From Vulcanimicrobiota bacterium (GTDB lineage: Bacteria; Vulcanimicrobiota; Vulcanimicrobiia; Vulcanimicrobiales; Vulcanimicrobiaceae), in assembly GCA_963723515.1 (NCBI GenBank), contig CAVRQT010000003.1, forward strand, positions 32,001 through 96,000: a DNA stretch of 64,000 nt, read 5' to 3'. The translations under genes and the position numbers were made by a program. Each line of letters opens with the position of its first letter. The first letter of the stretch is position 1. This document shows positions 10,843-19,731 of the stretch, in pieces. The notes beneath the pieces were generated by a model. That model worked only from the letters and a program-made list of their open reading frames with translations, did not search any database and was not told where the DNA came from.

Positions 10843-11628
10843 ACGCCCTTTACGATCCGTGCGGTCGTCGAGTACGACGGCACCGATTTTGCCGGCTTTC
10901 AACTGCAGCCGCAGGTGCGAACCGTCGCCTTCGAGCTGGAAAGTGCGTTCGGCAAGCTGCTCGACGAGCGAGTGCGCATCACCGCTGCAGGCCGCACTGA
11001 TGCCGGCGTTCATGCGAGCGGACAGGTCGTTTCCTTTAGGACGGAGCGGGCCTTTCCGTTCGAGCGGCTCACAATCGCAATGAACAGCATTTTGCCGCAC
11101 GACGTCTCGGTTCGCGAAGCGCAGGTCACTGAAGACGAATTTTCAGCGCGCTTCAGCGCGCTAGAGCGCACGTATGTCTACGTCGTTTTAAACAGCGACG
11201 AGCCTTCGGCGCTTTTGCGGCGCTATGTGTACCAGCTTCGCGGTGCACTGGACCTCGATCGATTGCGTGCCGCCGCCGCGCCATTGCTCGGCGAACACGA
11301 TTTTCGATCGTTTTGCGGCATGCTGCCTGAAAACGGCGCAACCGTAAGGCGGATCACCGCCATCGATGTCCGCAGGCAACGCAATCTCGTCATCCTGAGG
11401 TTCAGCGCCGACGGTTTCTTGCATCGCATGGTGCGCACGATTACCGGCACGCTGCTCGAAGTTGCTGCCGGTCGCCGGGAGGCCGAATCGCTACGCGAAA
11501 TTCTGGAAGCGCGCGACCGGCAAGAATCCGGCGCGACCGCACCAGCTTGCGGGCTGTATCTCGCGGGCGTACGTTACGCGAATTTCAATTCGTACAACGA
11601 TCCGCCGATCTGCATCGGAGCGCCTTAA
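10843..11628 (+). CDS. truA: tRNA pseudouridine(38-40) synthase
   Basis: VEYDGTDFAGFQ lies upstream of and in frame with the tracked ORF; AGRTDAGVHA, HDFRSF, FLHRMVR, GLYL; start codon unclear (ACG at 10843). Confidence 0.95.
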   Translation, partial: TPFTIRAVVEYDGTDFAGFQLQPQVRTVAFELESAFGKLLDERVRITAAGRTDAGVHASGQVVSFRTERAFPFERLTIAMNSILPHDVSVREAQVTEDEFSARFSALERTYVYVVLNSDEPSALLRRYVYQLRGALDLDRLRAAAAPLLGEHDFRSFCGMLPENGATVRRITAIDVRRQRNLVILRFSADGFLHRMVRTITGTLLEVAAGRREAESLREILEARDRQESGATAPACGLYLAGVRYANFNSYNDPPICIGAP

Positions 11629-11667
11629 GCCAAGAAGAATCCGGGTCGTGGCAACGGCGATACCGCC

Positions 11668-11697
11668 TTGACTGATACGTCATTGACGTAGTACTAT
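11668..11697 (+). promoter_or_regulatory. Sigma70-like promoter of the TA operon with palindromic operator
   Basis: TTGACT(11668-73)-N18-TACTAT(11692-97); perfect IR TACGTCA-T-TGACGTA (11676-11690) in the spacer. Confidence 0.7.
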
Positions 11698-11712
11698 GAA
11701 TGCGGTGTTCGC

Positions 11713-12003
11713 GTGGATGAATTCACCGGCTTCGAATGGGACGATGATAAGAGTGGACGCACCTTCGATGAGCGGGGTATCGATTTCGAAGCCGCAGCGA
11801 GGATCTTCGACGGGCCATTCGTTGAGCGACAAGATTTGCGACGTGAGTACGGCGAGCCGCGTTTCATTACCATCGGCGAAGTCGACGGCGTTGTGATCAC
11901 CGTGGCGTGGACACCTCGAGAATCTATCCGCCGCATTATCTCAGCGTGGCCGGCATCCAGCCGAGAAAGACGAATGTATCGTGAGTACTGTCAGGAAGAA
12001 TAA
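11713..12003 (+). CDS. BrnT family type II toxin (RelE-fold ribonuclease)
   Basis: FEWDDDK...GIDFEAAARIFDG...YGEPRFITIG...VAWTPR...RIISA. Confidence 0.9.
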   Translation: MDEFTGFEWDDDKSGRTFDERGIDFEAAARIFDGPFVERQDLRREYGEPRFITIGEVDGVVITVAWTPRESIRRIISAWPASSRERRMYREYCQEE

Positions 12004-12319
12004 ATCCGAGATCGGCCGAGGACGCATCAATCGCCCTAAGGTGTTGATGGCAACCGAGAAGCAGATTGCTGCTTGGAAAAAACGAGATGACGTAGACGAT
12101 GCAGCGCTCGGCGTCCCAAATTGGGTGCCGGCCATTAGCGTTCAAGCCATTCGAGAGCAAATCGGATTGACGCAAGAAGAGTTCGCAACTCGATTCATGC
12201 TCTCATTGCGGACGATTCAAGAGTGGGAGCAAGGCCGACGTGAGCCATCTGAGGCGGCGCGTGTTTTGCTGTTTGCAATTTCACGAGCGCCGAAAGCGTT
12301 AGAACGAGCTCTGCGCTAG
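11981..12319 (+). CDS. XRE/HTH_3 antitoxin (HigA/YiaG-like)
   Basis: VQAIREQIGLTQEEFATRFMLSLRTIQEWEQGRREPSEAARVLL; overlaps toxin gene. Confidence 0.88.
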   Translation: MSTVRKNKSEIGRGRINRPKVLMATEKQIAAWKKRDDVDDAALGVPNWVPAISVQAIREQIGLTQEEFATRFMLSLRTIQEWEQGRREPSEAARVLLFAISRAPKALERALR

Positions 12320-13314
12320 CCGGAAGGGTTGATAGGGTTCCTCGCTTCGACGCGCGATTCGATGTAGCGATCGACTCCCGGACGAACCGCCTCCACCATC
12401 ATCGCGGCGCCAAGTGCAATGAGCGCGCCGACGATAACGAGCAGCTCGTCCCGTTCGCCCTCACGATCCGCTTCGCGCCAGCGCACTTCAACGGTTTGCC
12501 CGAGTTTGACGCCGCGCTCGCTTTCGGGCGAAACGACGGAGCTGTTTCCGATCCACGAATATCCGCCTGAGAATTCAACGCTTTCCGTTCCTGCGGTGTG
12601 TGGGAAACGAATGTACACCGTTGGCGCGGCGGTGTGCGGCGCCATGTATGGACCCAGCCCCGCCGCATCGCGCGCCATAACGAGCAATCGCTTCGTCACA
12701 AATGTTTCCCGGTCGGCCGTGCGGCGCAAAGCACAGCGCAACTGAACGAGCGTTTCGACCGGCGCCAGCGTCCAGTTTTGGCTCACGGAATCGTAGATCA
12801 GCGGTTGATGCGGCTGGTGCGGCGTCACGGAGATGATCCAGTCGTCGTGAAAATTCGCGTCTGTTGCTGGGATCGGTTCGACTGCCAGCGTCTCGGTCGG
12901 CGTATCTTGCGCTCCGGTCAGCACCTCTTGGCATGCATCGGGGCCGGTCAAATGGGAGACCAAAATCTTGCCGCTGACTCCGGGCGGGTACCAGACGTAG
13001 AGCGCCGCGCTGCCGCGGTCTTCACGATAATCCGCCTCGGTATATGCTCCCAACTTTGCAAGGCGCGGACGGTCAATCGTTGTGTCGAGGAGCGAGCGCG
13101 TCGGGTGCAGCCCGGCGTTAGGAAAGAGAAACTCCAGGCGCAGCGTGTGTTCGTCGTCAATGGGCGCGTGCTTGACACCGACGACGATCCACGTGATGAT
13201 CGCCGCCAAGATGAAGAGGCAAAAGGCGAAGCTGCCCCAGGCGATAAGGCTGCGCCGTACCGAGTGGGGGCTGATCGAGAAAAGGGCATACCCAGGCTCA
13301 GGAACCTGACCCAT
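12316..13314 (-). CDS. Hypothetical membrane protein (N- and C-terminal TM helices around an extracytoplasmic domain)
   Basis: 332-aa ORF with hydrophobic segments LIAWGSFAFCLFILAAIITWIVVG and LLVIVGALIALGAAMMV; no family recognised. Confidence 0.6.
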   Translation of the reverse strand: MGQVPEPGYALFSISPHSVRRSLIAWGSFAFCLFILAAIITWIVVGVKHAPIDDEHTLRLEFLFPNAGLHPTRSLLDTTIDRPRLAKLGAYTEADYREDRGSAALYVWYPPGVSGKILVSHLTGPDACQEVLTGAQDTPTETLAVEPIPATDANFHDDWIISVTPHQPHQPLIYDSVSQNWTLAPVETLVQLRCALRRTADRETFVTKRLLVMARDAAGLGPYMAPHTAAPTVYIRFPHTAGTESVEFSGGYSWIGNSSVVSPESERGVKLGQTVEVRWREADREGERDELLVIVGALIALGAAMMVEAVRPGVDRYIESRVEARNPINPSG

Positions 13315-13356
13315 CGGCTCGCTCGCCTTGGACCGGCGCTCGGCCGTCCCCTTCCC

Positions 13357-13386
13357 TTGACCCTAGGCAGCGTTCTCCGATACAAT
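13357..13386 (+). promoter_or_regulatory. Sigma70 promoter of rplM-rpsI
   Basis: TTGACC(13357-62)-N18-TACAAT(13381-86), 9 nt before the GTG start. Confidence 0.7.
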
Positions 13387-13395
13387 ACGGCGGTT

Positions 13396-13833
13396 GTGCA
13401 GACGTTTCAAATGAAGACTGCCGATACGAAGCATTCGTGGTATGTCGTTGATGCCGCGGGTCAGCGTTTGGGAACGTTAGCGGTTCGCATTGCCCGCGCG
13501 CTCTGCGGCAAATACAAGCCGACGTGGACGCCGCACATCGACGACGGCGATTTTGTCGTCGTGCTCAACGCCGAAAAAATTGAGCTCGGCGGCAAGAAGT
13601 GGGAACAAAAAGTTTACCGCCGGCACAGCGGTTATCCCGGCGGCTTGCACACGCAGACCGCACAAGACGTTCGCGAACGGTACCCCGAGCGGCTGATCGA
13701 AATGGCCGTGCGCGGGATGTTGCCGACAAACAAGCTGCGCGACATTCAATTGCGGCGACTGAAAGTCTATCCGACGCAAACGCATCCGCACGCCGCGCAA
13801 GCGCCGCAACCGCTGCCCGAGACGATCGCTTGA
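13396..13833 (+). CDS. rplM: 50S ribosomal protein L13
   Basis: [45 protein letters not shown] start at 13396. Confidence 0.97.
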   Translation: MQTFQMKTADTKHSWYVVDAAGQRLGTLAVRIARALCGKYKPTWTPHIDDGDFVVVLNAEKIELGGKKWEQKVYRRHSGYPGGLHTQTAQDVRERYPERLIEMAVRGMLPTNKLRDIQLRRLKVYPTQTHPHAAQAPQPLPETIA

Positions 13834-14219
13834 ACGAAAACTTCGCGGGCACGGGCCGCCGTAAACGCTCGATCGCGCGCGTGCGCCTCTCGCTGGGTCA
13901 GGGCACCATCACGGTCAATAAGAAGTCGCTCGACGAGTACTTCCCGCGTCCGGCGTTGCAGCAGATCGTGCGGCAGCCGCTTGAAGTGACGCAAAGCCTC
14001 TCGCGCTTCAACGTTGAGGTCAAAGCCGAAGGCGGCGGGGTTGCCGGACAAGCCGGCGCCGTACGTCACGGCATCGCGCGAGCGCTCGTCGAGATGGACG
14101 AAGCGCTGCGCGAACCGCTTCGGCGTAACGGACTGCTGACGCGCGACCCGCGCGAAAAAGAATCGAAGAAGTACGGGCGCAAACGCGCTCGCAAGCGCTT
14201 CCAGTTCTCGAAGCGCTAA
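13830..14219 (+). CDS. rpsI: 30S ribosomal protein S9
   Basis: [37 protein letters not shown]...QFSKR; TTG start overlapping the rplM stop. Confidence 0.97.
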   Translation: MNENFAGTGRRKRSIARVRLSLGQGTITVNKKSLDEYFPRPALQQIVRQPLEVTQSLSRFNVEVKAEGGGVAGQAGAVRHGIARALVEMDEALREPLRRNGLLTRDPREKESKKYGRKRARKRFQFSKR

Positions 14220-14261
14220 AGCACCCTCAATTTAGCAACAAGCAAGCCACTTCGTTGTCAC

Positions 14262-14287
14262 CATGCGCGCCTATGATGGCGCGCATG
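14262..14287. promoter_or_regulatory. Perfect 10-bp inverted repeat enclosing a -10-like hexamer at the head of the flagellar-like cluster
   Basis: CATGCGCGCC-TATGAT-GGCGCGCATG; right arm ends in the ATG at 14285. Confidence 0.5.
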
Positions 14288-14500
14288 TTTGATCTTGCCC
14301 CCCAATTAGCGAGCGCGCTTCGCAAAAGCGCCGAACAACTGCAATCGACCGCGATGACGGCAGCCCGCGCGGAAACGAACGCCGGCGCGCCCGTTTCGAA
14401 TCAGGCCATGGCGTCGCTAGCGCGGGAGGCGATCTTCACTGAAACGCTCTTGAGCGCCATCCGATCGCGACTGCAAGAAATCAGGCTCGTGACCAAATGA
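14285..14500 (+). CDS. Small FlgB-like protein (highly reduced)
   Basis: Immediately before flgC-like gene; C-terminal helix NQAMASLAREAIFTETLLSAIRSRLQEIRLVTK resembles the FlgB C-terminus. Confidence 0.5.
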   Translation: MFDLAPQLASALRKSAEQLQSTAMTAARAETNAGAPVSNQAMASLAREAIFTETLLSAIRSRLQEIRLVTK

Positions 14501-15093
14501 ACGCGGACCTGCTCTCCATTGCGGCTCAAGGCATGGACGTGCAACGTGCCGCGCTCGATGTCGCGGCCAGAAATGTTGCCGCCGCTGAGGCTGCGGGCCC
14601 GAAGGGATCGTATGCGCGGTTGGTTCCACGCTTTCATCTCCTTCAGCGTGCCGGAAATACAGAGATCGCATTCGCCGGCGCGGCAACCGAACGTGGTTCA
14701 CACGTGGACATTCTCACGGAGATGGTGTCGGTCCTCAGAGCGTCGCGCGCGTTTGAGGCAAACGCATCCGTCTTCGATCTCGCAAAACGGCTCGCGGAAC
14801 GCACGATCGAGGTGGAGCGCGCAGTGAGGGTCGTTCCCTTACAGCCGGATATGCCGCAACCGGCAGTGCAGCAGACCGGGAGCACCGTTAACGCGTTTAC
14901 CGATGCCGTGAGCGCAATCGCCGGGTCGCTCGCGCGAGCCGAAAGCGCTGAAAACGCGTACGCGCTGGGAACGGGCACGTTGCAAAGCGCCGTGCTCGAA
15001 CGTGCGCGCGCCGATGTCGCACTTGCGGTTGCCGCGGCGGCAACTCAACGTACAGCGACCGCGGTGCAATCGATTCTGAACCTTCAGATCTAG
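14497..15093 (+). CDS. flgC: FlgC-like rod protein in frame with a FliE-like domain (fusion or indel artefact; FliE part from GTG ~14824)
   Basis: IAAQGMDVQRAALDVAARNVAA and VDILTEMVSVLRASRAFEANASVF (FlgC); F..A...LARAE...VALAVAAAATQRTATAVQSILNLQI (FliE-like end). Confidence 0.75.
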   Translation: MNADLLSIAAQGMDVQRAALDVAARNVAAAEAAGPKGSYARLVPRFHLLQRAGNTEIAFAGAATERGSHVDILTEMVSVLRASRAFEANASVFDLAKRLAERTIEVERAVRVVPLQPDMPQPAVQQTGSTVNAFTDAVSAIAGSLARAESAENAYALGTGTLQSAVLERARADVALAVAAAATQRTATAVQSILNLQI

Positions 15094-15096
15094 CCG

Positions 15097-16398
15097 ATGT
15101 CTTGGCCGAAGATGCTGCGAGCTTCGTTCGCTGCTCTCCCTCGGCCGGTAATCGTGATCGCCATTGCGGTTGCCGCCCTCAGCCTCATTGCGGCACTGTT
15201 CTTTTCGTTGCGTGGCGGTCAGGCCGCGCTCTTCGCCGGACCGGTGCATGCCGAACAGTTGGACGAAGTTGAGCAGCGCCTCGCGGAGTGGGACGTTCCT
15301 TTCACTCCCTTGGCCGACAATATCATGGTCAACTCAAGGCTGCGCAACGCACTTCTGCTGCGGCTTTCGCTCGCGGGCGTTCCGCACAGCCATATCGAGT
15401 CTTCGAGCGAGATGCTCACAAGAATCGGCGCTCTGACGCCGCAATCGATCGTCGATGAACAGCAGCGCAACGGGTTGGCAGCCGATCTCGAGCTGGCCTT
15501 GCGCGGGATCGACGGCGTCGATGATGCCACGGTGATCATCGCCCCGGCAAAGGCGGCGATCTATGCCGACGAGCATGCCCGCGATGCGACGGCCAGCGTA
15601 CGGCTTCACCTGCGCGCCGGCGCGCGGCTTCCGCCAAACGCCGTTGCGGGGATTCGTGCGTTCGTCGCGGCCGGTGTGCCCGACCTCGCGCCAAAGAACG
15701 TGACGATCGTTGACGACCGCGGTGTTGCGCTGCGCGACGAAATCGTCGATGCAGATCCGCAAGAGCTTCAGCCGGCGATTCAAAGCGCTCTGGATCAAAC
15801 ATTCGGCGCCGGCGTTTCCGTCGTACGCCTCGCGACATCGCCGGAGGGCGGAGGCTCGTCGTTAGGCCTTCGGCGCTCGATGCTTGTGCTCGTCGATCAG
15901 CGGCATGCGCCGCGTCTCGATGAAGTCAGTGCGGTTGCGTCGGCGGCCGGGGGCTTCGATTTTCGCCACGGCGATCGTCTTGACGTGGAGGCCGTGCACT
16001 TTGGAGAGACGACGCCGCATCGAAAGACAATTTGGCTCGCATTTTTGGGAAGCGCGTTGTCGATCGCACCCACGGTAATCGCGAGCGTCGCCTTGCTGAT
16101 CGGTTTACGGATCGGGATACGGCCTGCGGTAAGCATCCTCAAGACGATCGTTCGCAGCGCAACGATTGCGCGGACACAACGAACCACCCTAAGTCTTGCG
16201 CCGGCTCAGGTTCGCGGCGTGTTGCGCGGTGAGCCGCCGCACACCGCAGCCGCAATCATCAGCGCATTGCCCGCGGCAACGGCGGCCGCAGTCCTCGACA
16301 TGTATCCGGCCGAAGAACGCACCGCGATCATTCGCCGGATGTCGCGCGCGCAGTCCCCGCTGCTGCCGGACGTGGAGACGTTGATCTCGCATGCCTGA
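15097..16398 (+). CDS. Reduced FliF/SctJ-like MS-ring protein fused to a FliG middle domain
   Basis: TM1, RBM1/2 (LELALRGIDGVDDATVII...ATASVRL...VAAGVPDLAPKNVTIVDDRG), short RBM3, TM2, then VLRGEPPHTAAAIISALPAATAAAVLDMYPAEERTAIIRRM (FliG EHPQ/ARM-like). Confidence 0.8.
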   Translation: MSWPKMLRASFAALPRPVIVIAIAVAALSLIAALFFSLRGGQAALFAGPVHAEQLDEVEQRLAEWDVPFTPLADNIMVNSRLRNALLLRLSLAGVPHSHIESSSEMLTRIGALTPQSIVDEQQRNGLAADLELALRGIDGVDDATVIIAPAKAAIYADEHARDATASVRLHLRAGARLPPNAVAGIRAFVAAGVPDLAPKNVTIVDDRGVALRDEIVDADPQELQPAIQSALDQTFGAGVSVVRLATSPEGGGSSLGLRRSMLVLVDQRHAPRLDEVSAVASAAGGFDFRHGDRLDVEAVHFGETTPHRKTIWLAFLGSALSIAPTVIASVALLIGLRIGIRPAVSILKTIVRSATIARTQRTTLSLAPAQVRGVLRGEPPHTAAAIISALPAATAAAVLDMYPAEERTAIIRRMSRAQSPLLPDVETLISHA

Positions 16399-16861
16399 GT
16401 TTCGCACCCTCGTCGCCGTCCTTTCGAACGTCGAGGCGTCGCCGCAAGCAGCGCCTGAACCAGCGGTGATTTTCGATCCTACCGCTGCGACGGTCCCCGA
16501 AGCGATCGACATCGCGCTTAGCGATGCGCGGTTGATGCGTGCCCACTTGCGCGAGACGCTCGAAGAATCGTTCGACGATCTTCTGAGGGACATTGCGAGC
16601 GATGTCGTTGGTCGTGAGCTGCAGCTGCAACCGGTCGAGATCAAGCAGATCATCGTCGCCGCCATCGATCGGTACAGAGCCGAAATGCCGCTGCGCACAC
16701 GAGTTCATCCCGATGATGTGGCGGCGCTGAGAGATCTGGCCATCGACGTTGTTCCGGACGGCGCTCTAAAACGTGGTGACGCGTTTTTGGAGCTGCGCGA
16801 TGGAGCCGTCGATCTGAGTCTTGGCATCAGATTGGAGCGCTTGCTCGAAGCACGGGCGTGA
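16391..16861 (+). CDS. fliH: FliH/SctL-like ATPase stalk protein
   Basis: IASDVVGRELQ...RTRVHPDD...VVPDGALKRGDAFLELRDGAVDLSLGIRLE; precedes the ATPase. Confidence 0.8.
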   Translation: MPEFRTLVAVLSNVEASPQAAPEPAVIFDPTAATVPEAIDIALSDARLMRAHLRETLEESFDDLLRDIASDVVGRELQLQPVEIKQIIVAAIDRYRAEMPLRTRVHPDDVAALRDLAIDVVPDGALKRGDAFLELRDGAVDLSLGIRLERLLEARA

Positions 16862-18096
16862 AAGGCGAGAGCATCGGCCGTGTTTGCGATGCGCGGGCGG
16901 GCGTCGTTCAAGCAAAGTTGCCCGCGGTTTCGATCGGTGAGAGCGTCGAAATTCTGAGCCGCCGGCGCACGACTCTTGGAATCGTGCAGCGCGTCGGTGA
17001 GCGCGCCGTTTCGATTGCCTCGCATGGCGATGTGGAAGGCATCTCGGCCGGGGACGTCGTGCGCGCCTTACCTTACGGAAATGTTCGAGCGCCGGGCTTA
17101 GCCGCATTGGGACGCGCAATCGACGCGCGCGGACAGGCGATCGACGGTGGCCCGCCGGTGGTTTCTCGGCGTGGGGCCCGGATGAGAATTCGTCCATCGC
17201 CGTCGGCGCGAACGTTGCCGACCGCGCCGCTTTGGACCGGCATCAAAGCGATCGATGCGCTGTTGACGATTGCGCGCGGCGGAAGAGTCGGCATCTTCGG
17301 TCCGGCCGGTGCCGGCAAATCATCATTGCTCGCAATGTTAGACCGCGGTTGCCGTGCTGATGTGTCGGTCGTTGCGCTGATCGGCGAACGAGGGCGCGAA
17401 GCGCGCGAGTGGTTCGCGCGGTTGCATCCGCGCATGACCGTCATCTGCGCGGCGAGCGATCGCCCTGCGGCCGAACGTGTAACGGCCGCCGAATTGGCCA
17501 TTGCGCAAGCCGCACGTCTGCGTGGGCTCGGACTGGATGTCTTGCTGATTCTCGATAGCCTTGCCCGCCTTGGGGCGGCGTTGCGCGACGTTGCCGTTGC
17601 TTGCGGTGAGCCGGTCGGGCGCGCAGGTTTTCCGCCGAGCGTTTTCGCTCAAATTGCCCGCTTCGTTGAGTCGGCTGGAGCAACGGCAACCGGTTCAATA
17701 ACGCTCGTTGCGAGCGTGCTGAGCGAGGACGATCGAGAACCGATCGCGGAGGCCGCGCGATCGCTGCTTGACGGCCACATCACTTTGTCGCGTTCGCTCG
17801 CCCACGCGGGACGTTATCCCGCCATCGACGTGACATCGAGCGCCAGCCGCTTGATGTCCGCGGTGATATCGCAAACGCATGCTGAAGATGCCGCGACGCT
17901 GCGGCGGAGCCTCTGCGCCCTCAAGGACTCTGAAGACGCGCGCTCGATCGGACTGCCGCAACACGATCCGTGGATCCTTGCCGCGCAGCAGAACGAAGAG
18001 GCCATCGAGGAGCTGCTCCGGCAAGGAGTCGAACCGGTGGCGGCTGCCCTCACGTTACGCGACCTCCATATGCTCGCACAGCAGCTTCAACCCTAG
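16858..18096 (+). CDS. fliI: Type III export ATPase FliI/SctN
   Basis: TGIKAIDALLT, Walker A GPAGAGKS, LIGERGRE, Walker B LLILDS, LDGHITLSR, YPAIDV. Confidence 0.93.
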   Translation: MKGESIGRVCDARAGVVQAKLPAVSIGESVEILSRRRTTLGIVQRVGERAVSIASHGDVEGISAGDVVRALPYGNVRAPGLAALGRAIDARGQAIDGGPPVVSRRGARMRIRPSPSARTLPTAPLWTGIKAIDALLTIARGGRVGIFGPAGAGKSSLLAMLDRGCRADVSVVALIGERGREAREWFARLHPRMTVICAASDRPAAERVTAAELAIAQAARLRGLGLDVLLILDSLARLGAALRDVAVACGEPVGRAGFPPSVFAQIARFVESAGATATGSITLVASVLSEDDREPIAEAARSLLDGHITLSRSLAHAGRYPAIDVTSSASRLMSAVISQTHAEDAATLRRSLCALKDSEDARSIGLPQHDPWILAAQQNEEAIEELLRQGVEPVAAALTLRDLHMLAQQLQP

Positions 18097-18126
18097 GCGC
18101 CGTTACGCAGCGCGCAGCAATTCGTT

Positions 18127-19695
18127 ATGTCGATAGTGACGCTGAGCATCTTAACGCTGGCCGCAGTCTGCGCGATCGCCGACGTGTCGCCGGCCGCCCA
18201 ACCGCGCGACGCCGCGCAAGTCTTGCAGTTATACCGTCGCGCGGTCGCGCCGACGGGTGCGTCGCCTCCGGCGGTTTGGCAGGCGCGAGGAACACTCAGT
18301 GGAGCGAATCTCGTCGGGACGTTTGCGTCGTGGCATGACGCCGAACACGATCGGCTCGATCAGGATCTCGGGGTGCGGCGCGAACGCACGTTGCGAATCG
18401 GCGAGCGCGTCTACGTCCAGAACAGCAGCGGAGATGTGATCGAGCTCAAAGGCCTGCTGCTGCGCCGTTCCCATACGCAAGACTTCATCGGCTCGAGCGA
18501 TCTCTTTCGACAGCCGCAATTTTCACGCTATCTCGGCCGTACAACGCTTTCGGACGGCCGCGATGTCTTTGCGCTTCAGGTGTCGCCGCCCAACGGCGAA
18601 ACGGAGACAATCGACGTCGATGCGCGCACGCATCTGCTCGACCGTTTAGAGTACATCGACGGCGACGGTCTCTTCACGATCGATTTCTCGGATTACCGGC
18701 CGGTCGACGGGTTTATGTTTGCATTTAGAGAGGTTCAGTCCGACGGCGACCATCCATACGACGTGACGCAAACGATGACGCAAATCAATGCCGGCACACC
18801 GATTTCAGCGCCCATTTTTGCACCATTGCAGCCGGCACGGCTGCAAGCATCTGGACCGGTGACGGTCCCATTGACCGAACGCAACGGCGGGCTCTATGCG
18901 GACGTCTCGATATTCGGACACAGCTTTTCTTTTTTGGTCGACAGCGGTGCGCAAGGGATTGTCGTGGACGCCAAAGCCGCGGCCTCGTTGCTGCTGGTGC
19001 CGCAAGGCTCGTTTGAAGCGCGCGGCGCGACTCGCAGCGGCGGAATCGGCGTTGCGCCACTGGACCACCTGATGATCGGCGGCGCGAAATTGCCCGTCGG
19101 CGTCGTTTCAATCCTCGACCTGGGCGCCTCTACGGCGGGACGCTTCCCGATCGACGGGATTTTGGGCTTTCCGCTTTTTGGCGCCGGCGTCGTCACGCTC
19201 GATGCGGCACACGCCACGATGACGATTTCACCACCTGGAACCCGGAGTGTTACGGGAGAGCCGTTTGAAATCGACGTCGATCGAGAACTTCCCGAGGTCG
19301 TCGCCAGCGTCAACGGTGTACAGGGACGCTTTCTGCTAGACACCGGCAACGGGAATGAACTGTTGTTGTTCCGCAATTTTCTTGAGGAACATCGCGGCGT
19401 ATTGCAGTTCAACCCGACCGGTTCGGTCGGAAGTTATGGCGTCGGCGGCGGCACGCGGGCCTATGCAACCGACGTCGATGAGCTTGACCTCGGATCATAT
19501 CGACTCTTTCACGCCAACACGAACGTGATGCTTTCGACCGAAGGTGCATTCGCGGATCGTTTTGATGCCGGCAACATCGGCCTTGGTGTACTGAAGAACT
19601 TCGTGGTGACGTTTGACGTACCGAATCGGATGCTCTATCTTGCGCCTGGCGCGAACTTCGATGACGGCCGGGGCCGGCGCGTGTTTCGGCAATAA
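18127..19695 (+). CDS. Secreted protein with two retropepsin-like aspartyl protease domains
   Basis: Signal peptide; FLVDSGA and FLLDTGN motifs; DGILG and GNIGLGVLKNF...FD. Confidence 0.82.
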   Translation: MSIVTLSILTLAAVCAIADVSPAAQPRDAAQVLQLYRRAVAPTGASPPAVWQARGTLSGANLVGTFASWHDAEHDRLDQDLGVRRERTLRIGERVYVQNSSGDVIELKGLLLRRSHTQDFIGSSDLFRQPQFSRYLGRTTLSDGRDVFALQVSPPNGETETIDVDARTHLLDRLEYIDGDGLFTIDFSDYRPVDGFMFAFREVQSDGDHPYDVTQTMTQINAGTPISAPIFAPLQPARLQASGPVTVPLTERNGGLYADVSIFGHSFSFLVDSGAQGIVVDAKAAASLLLVPQGSFEARGATRSGGIGVAPLDHLMIGGAKLPVGVVSILDLGASTAGRFPIDGILGFPLFGAGVVTLDAAHATMTISPPGTRSVTGEPFEIDVDRELPEVVASVNGVQGRFLLDTGNGNELLLFRNFLEEHRGVLQFNPTGSVGSYGVGGGTRAYATDVDELDLGSYRLFHANTNVMLSTEGAFADRFDAGNIGLGVLKNFVVTFDVPNRMLYLAPGANFDDGRGRRVFRQ

Positions 19696-19731
19696 CCTCG
19701 TTATCGATCGACCATTTTCGCGGCTTATGCT

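Noticed and set aside
12598..13395. Apparent long N-terminal extension of L13 (411-aa ORF)
   Set aside because: Antisense to the 12316-13314 gene; a promoter and GTG at 13396 give a normal-length L13
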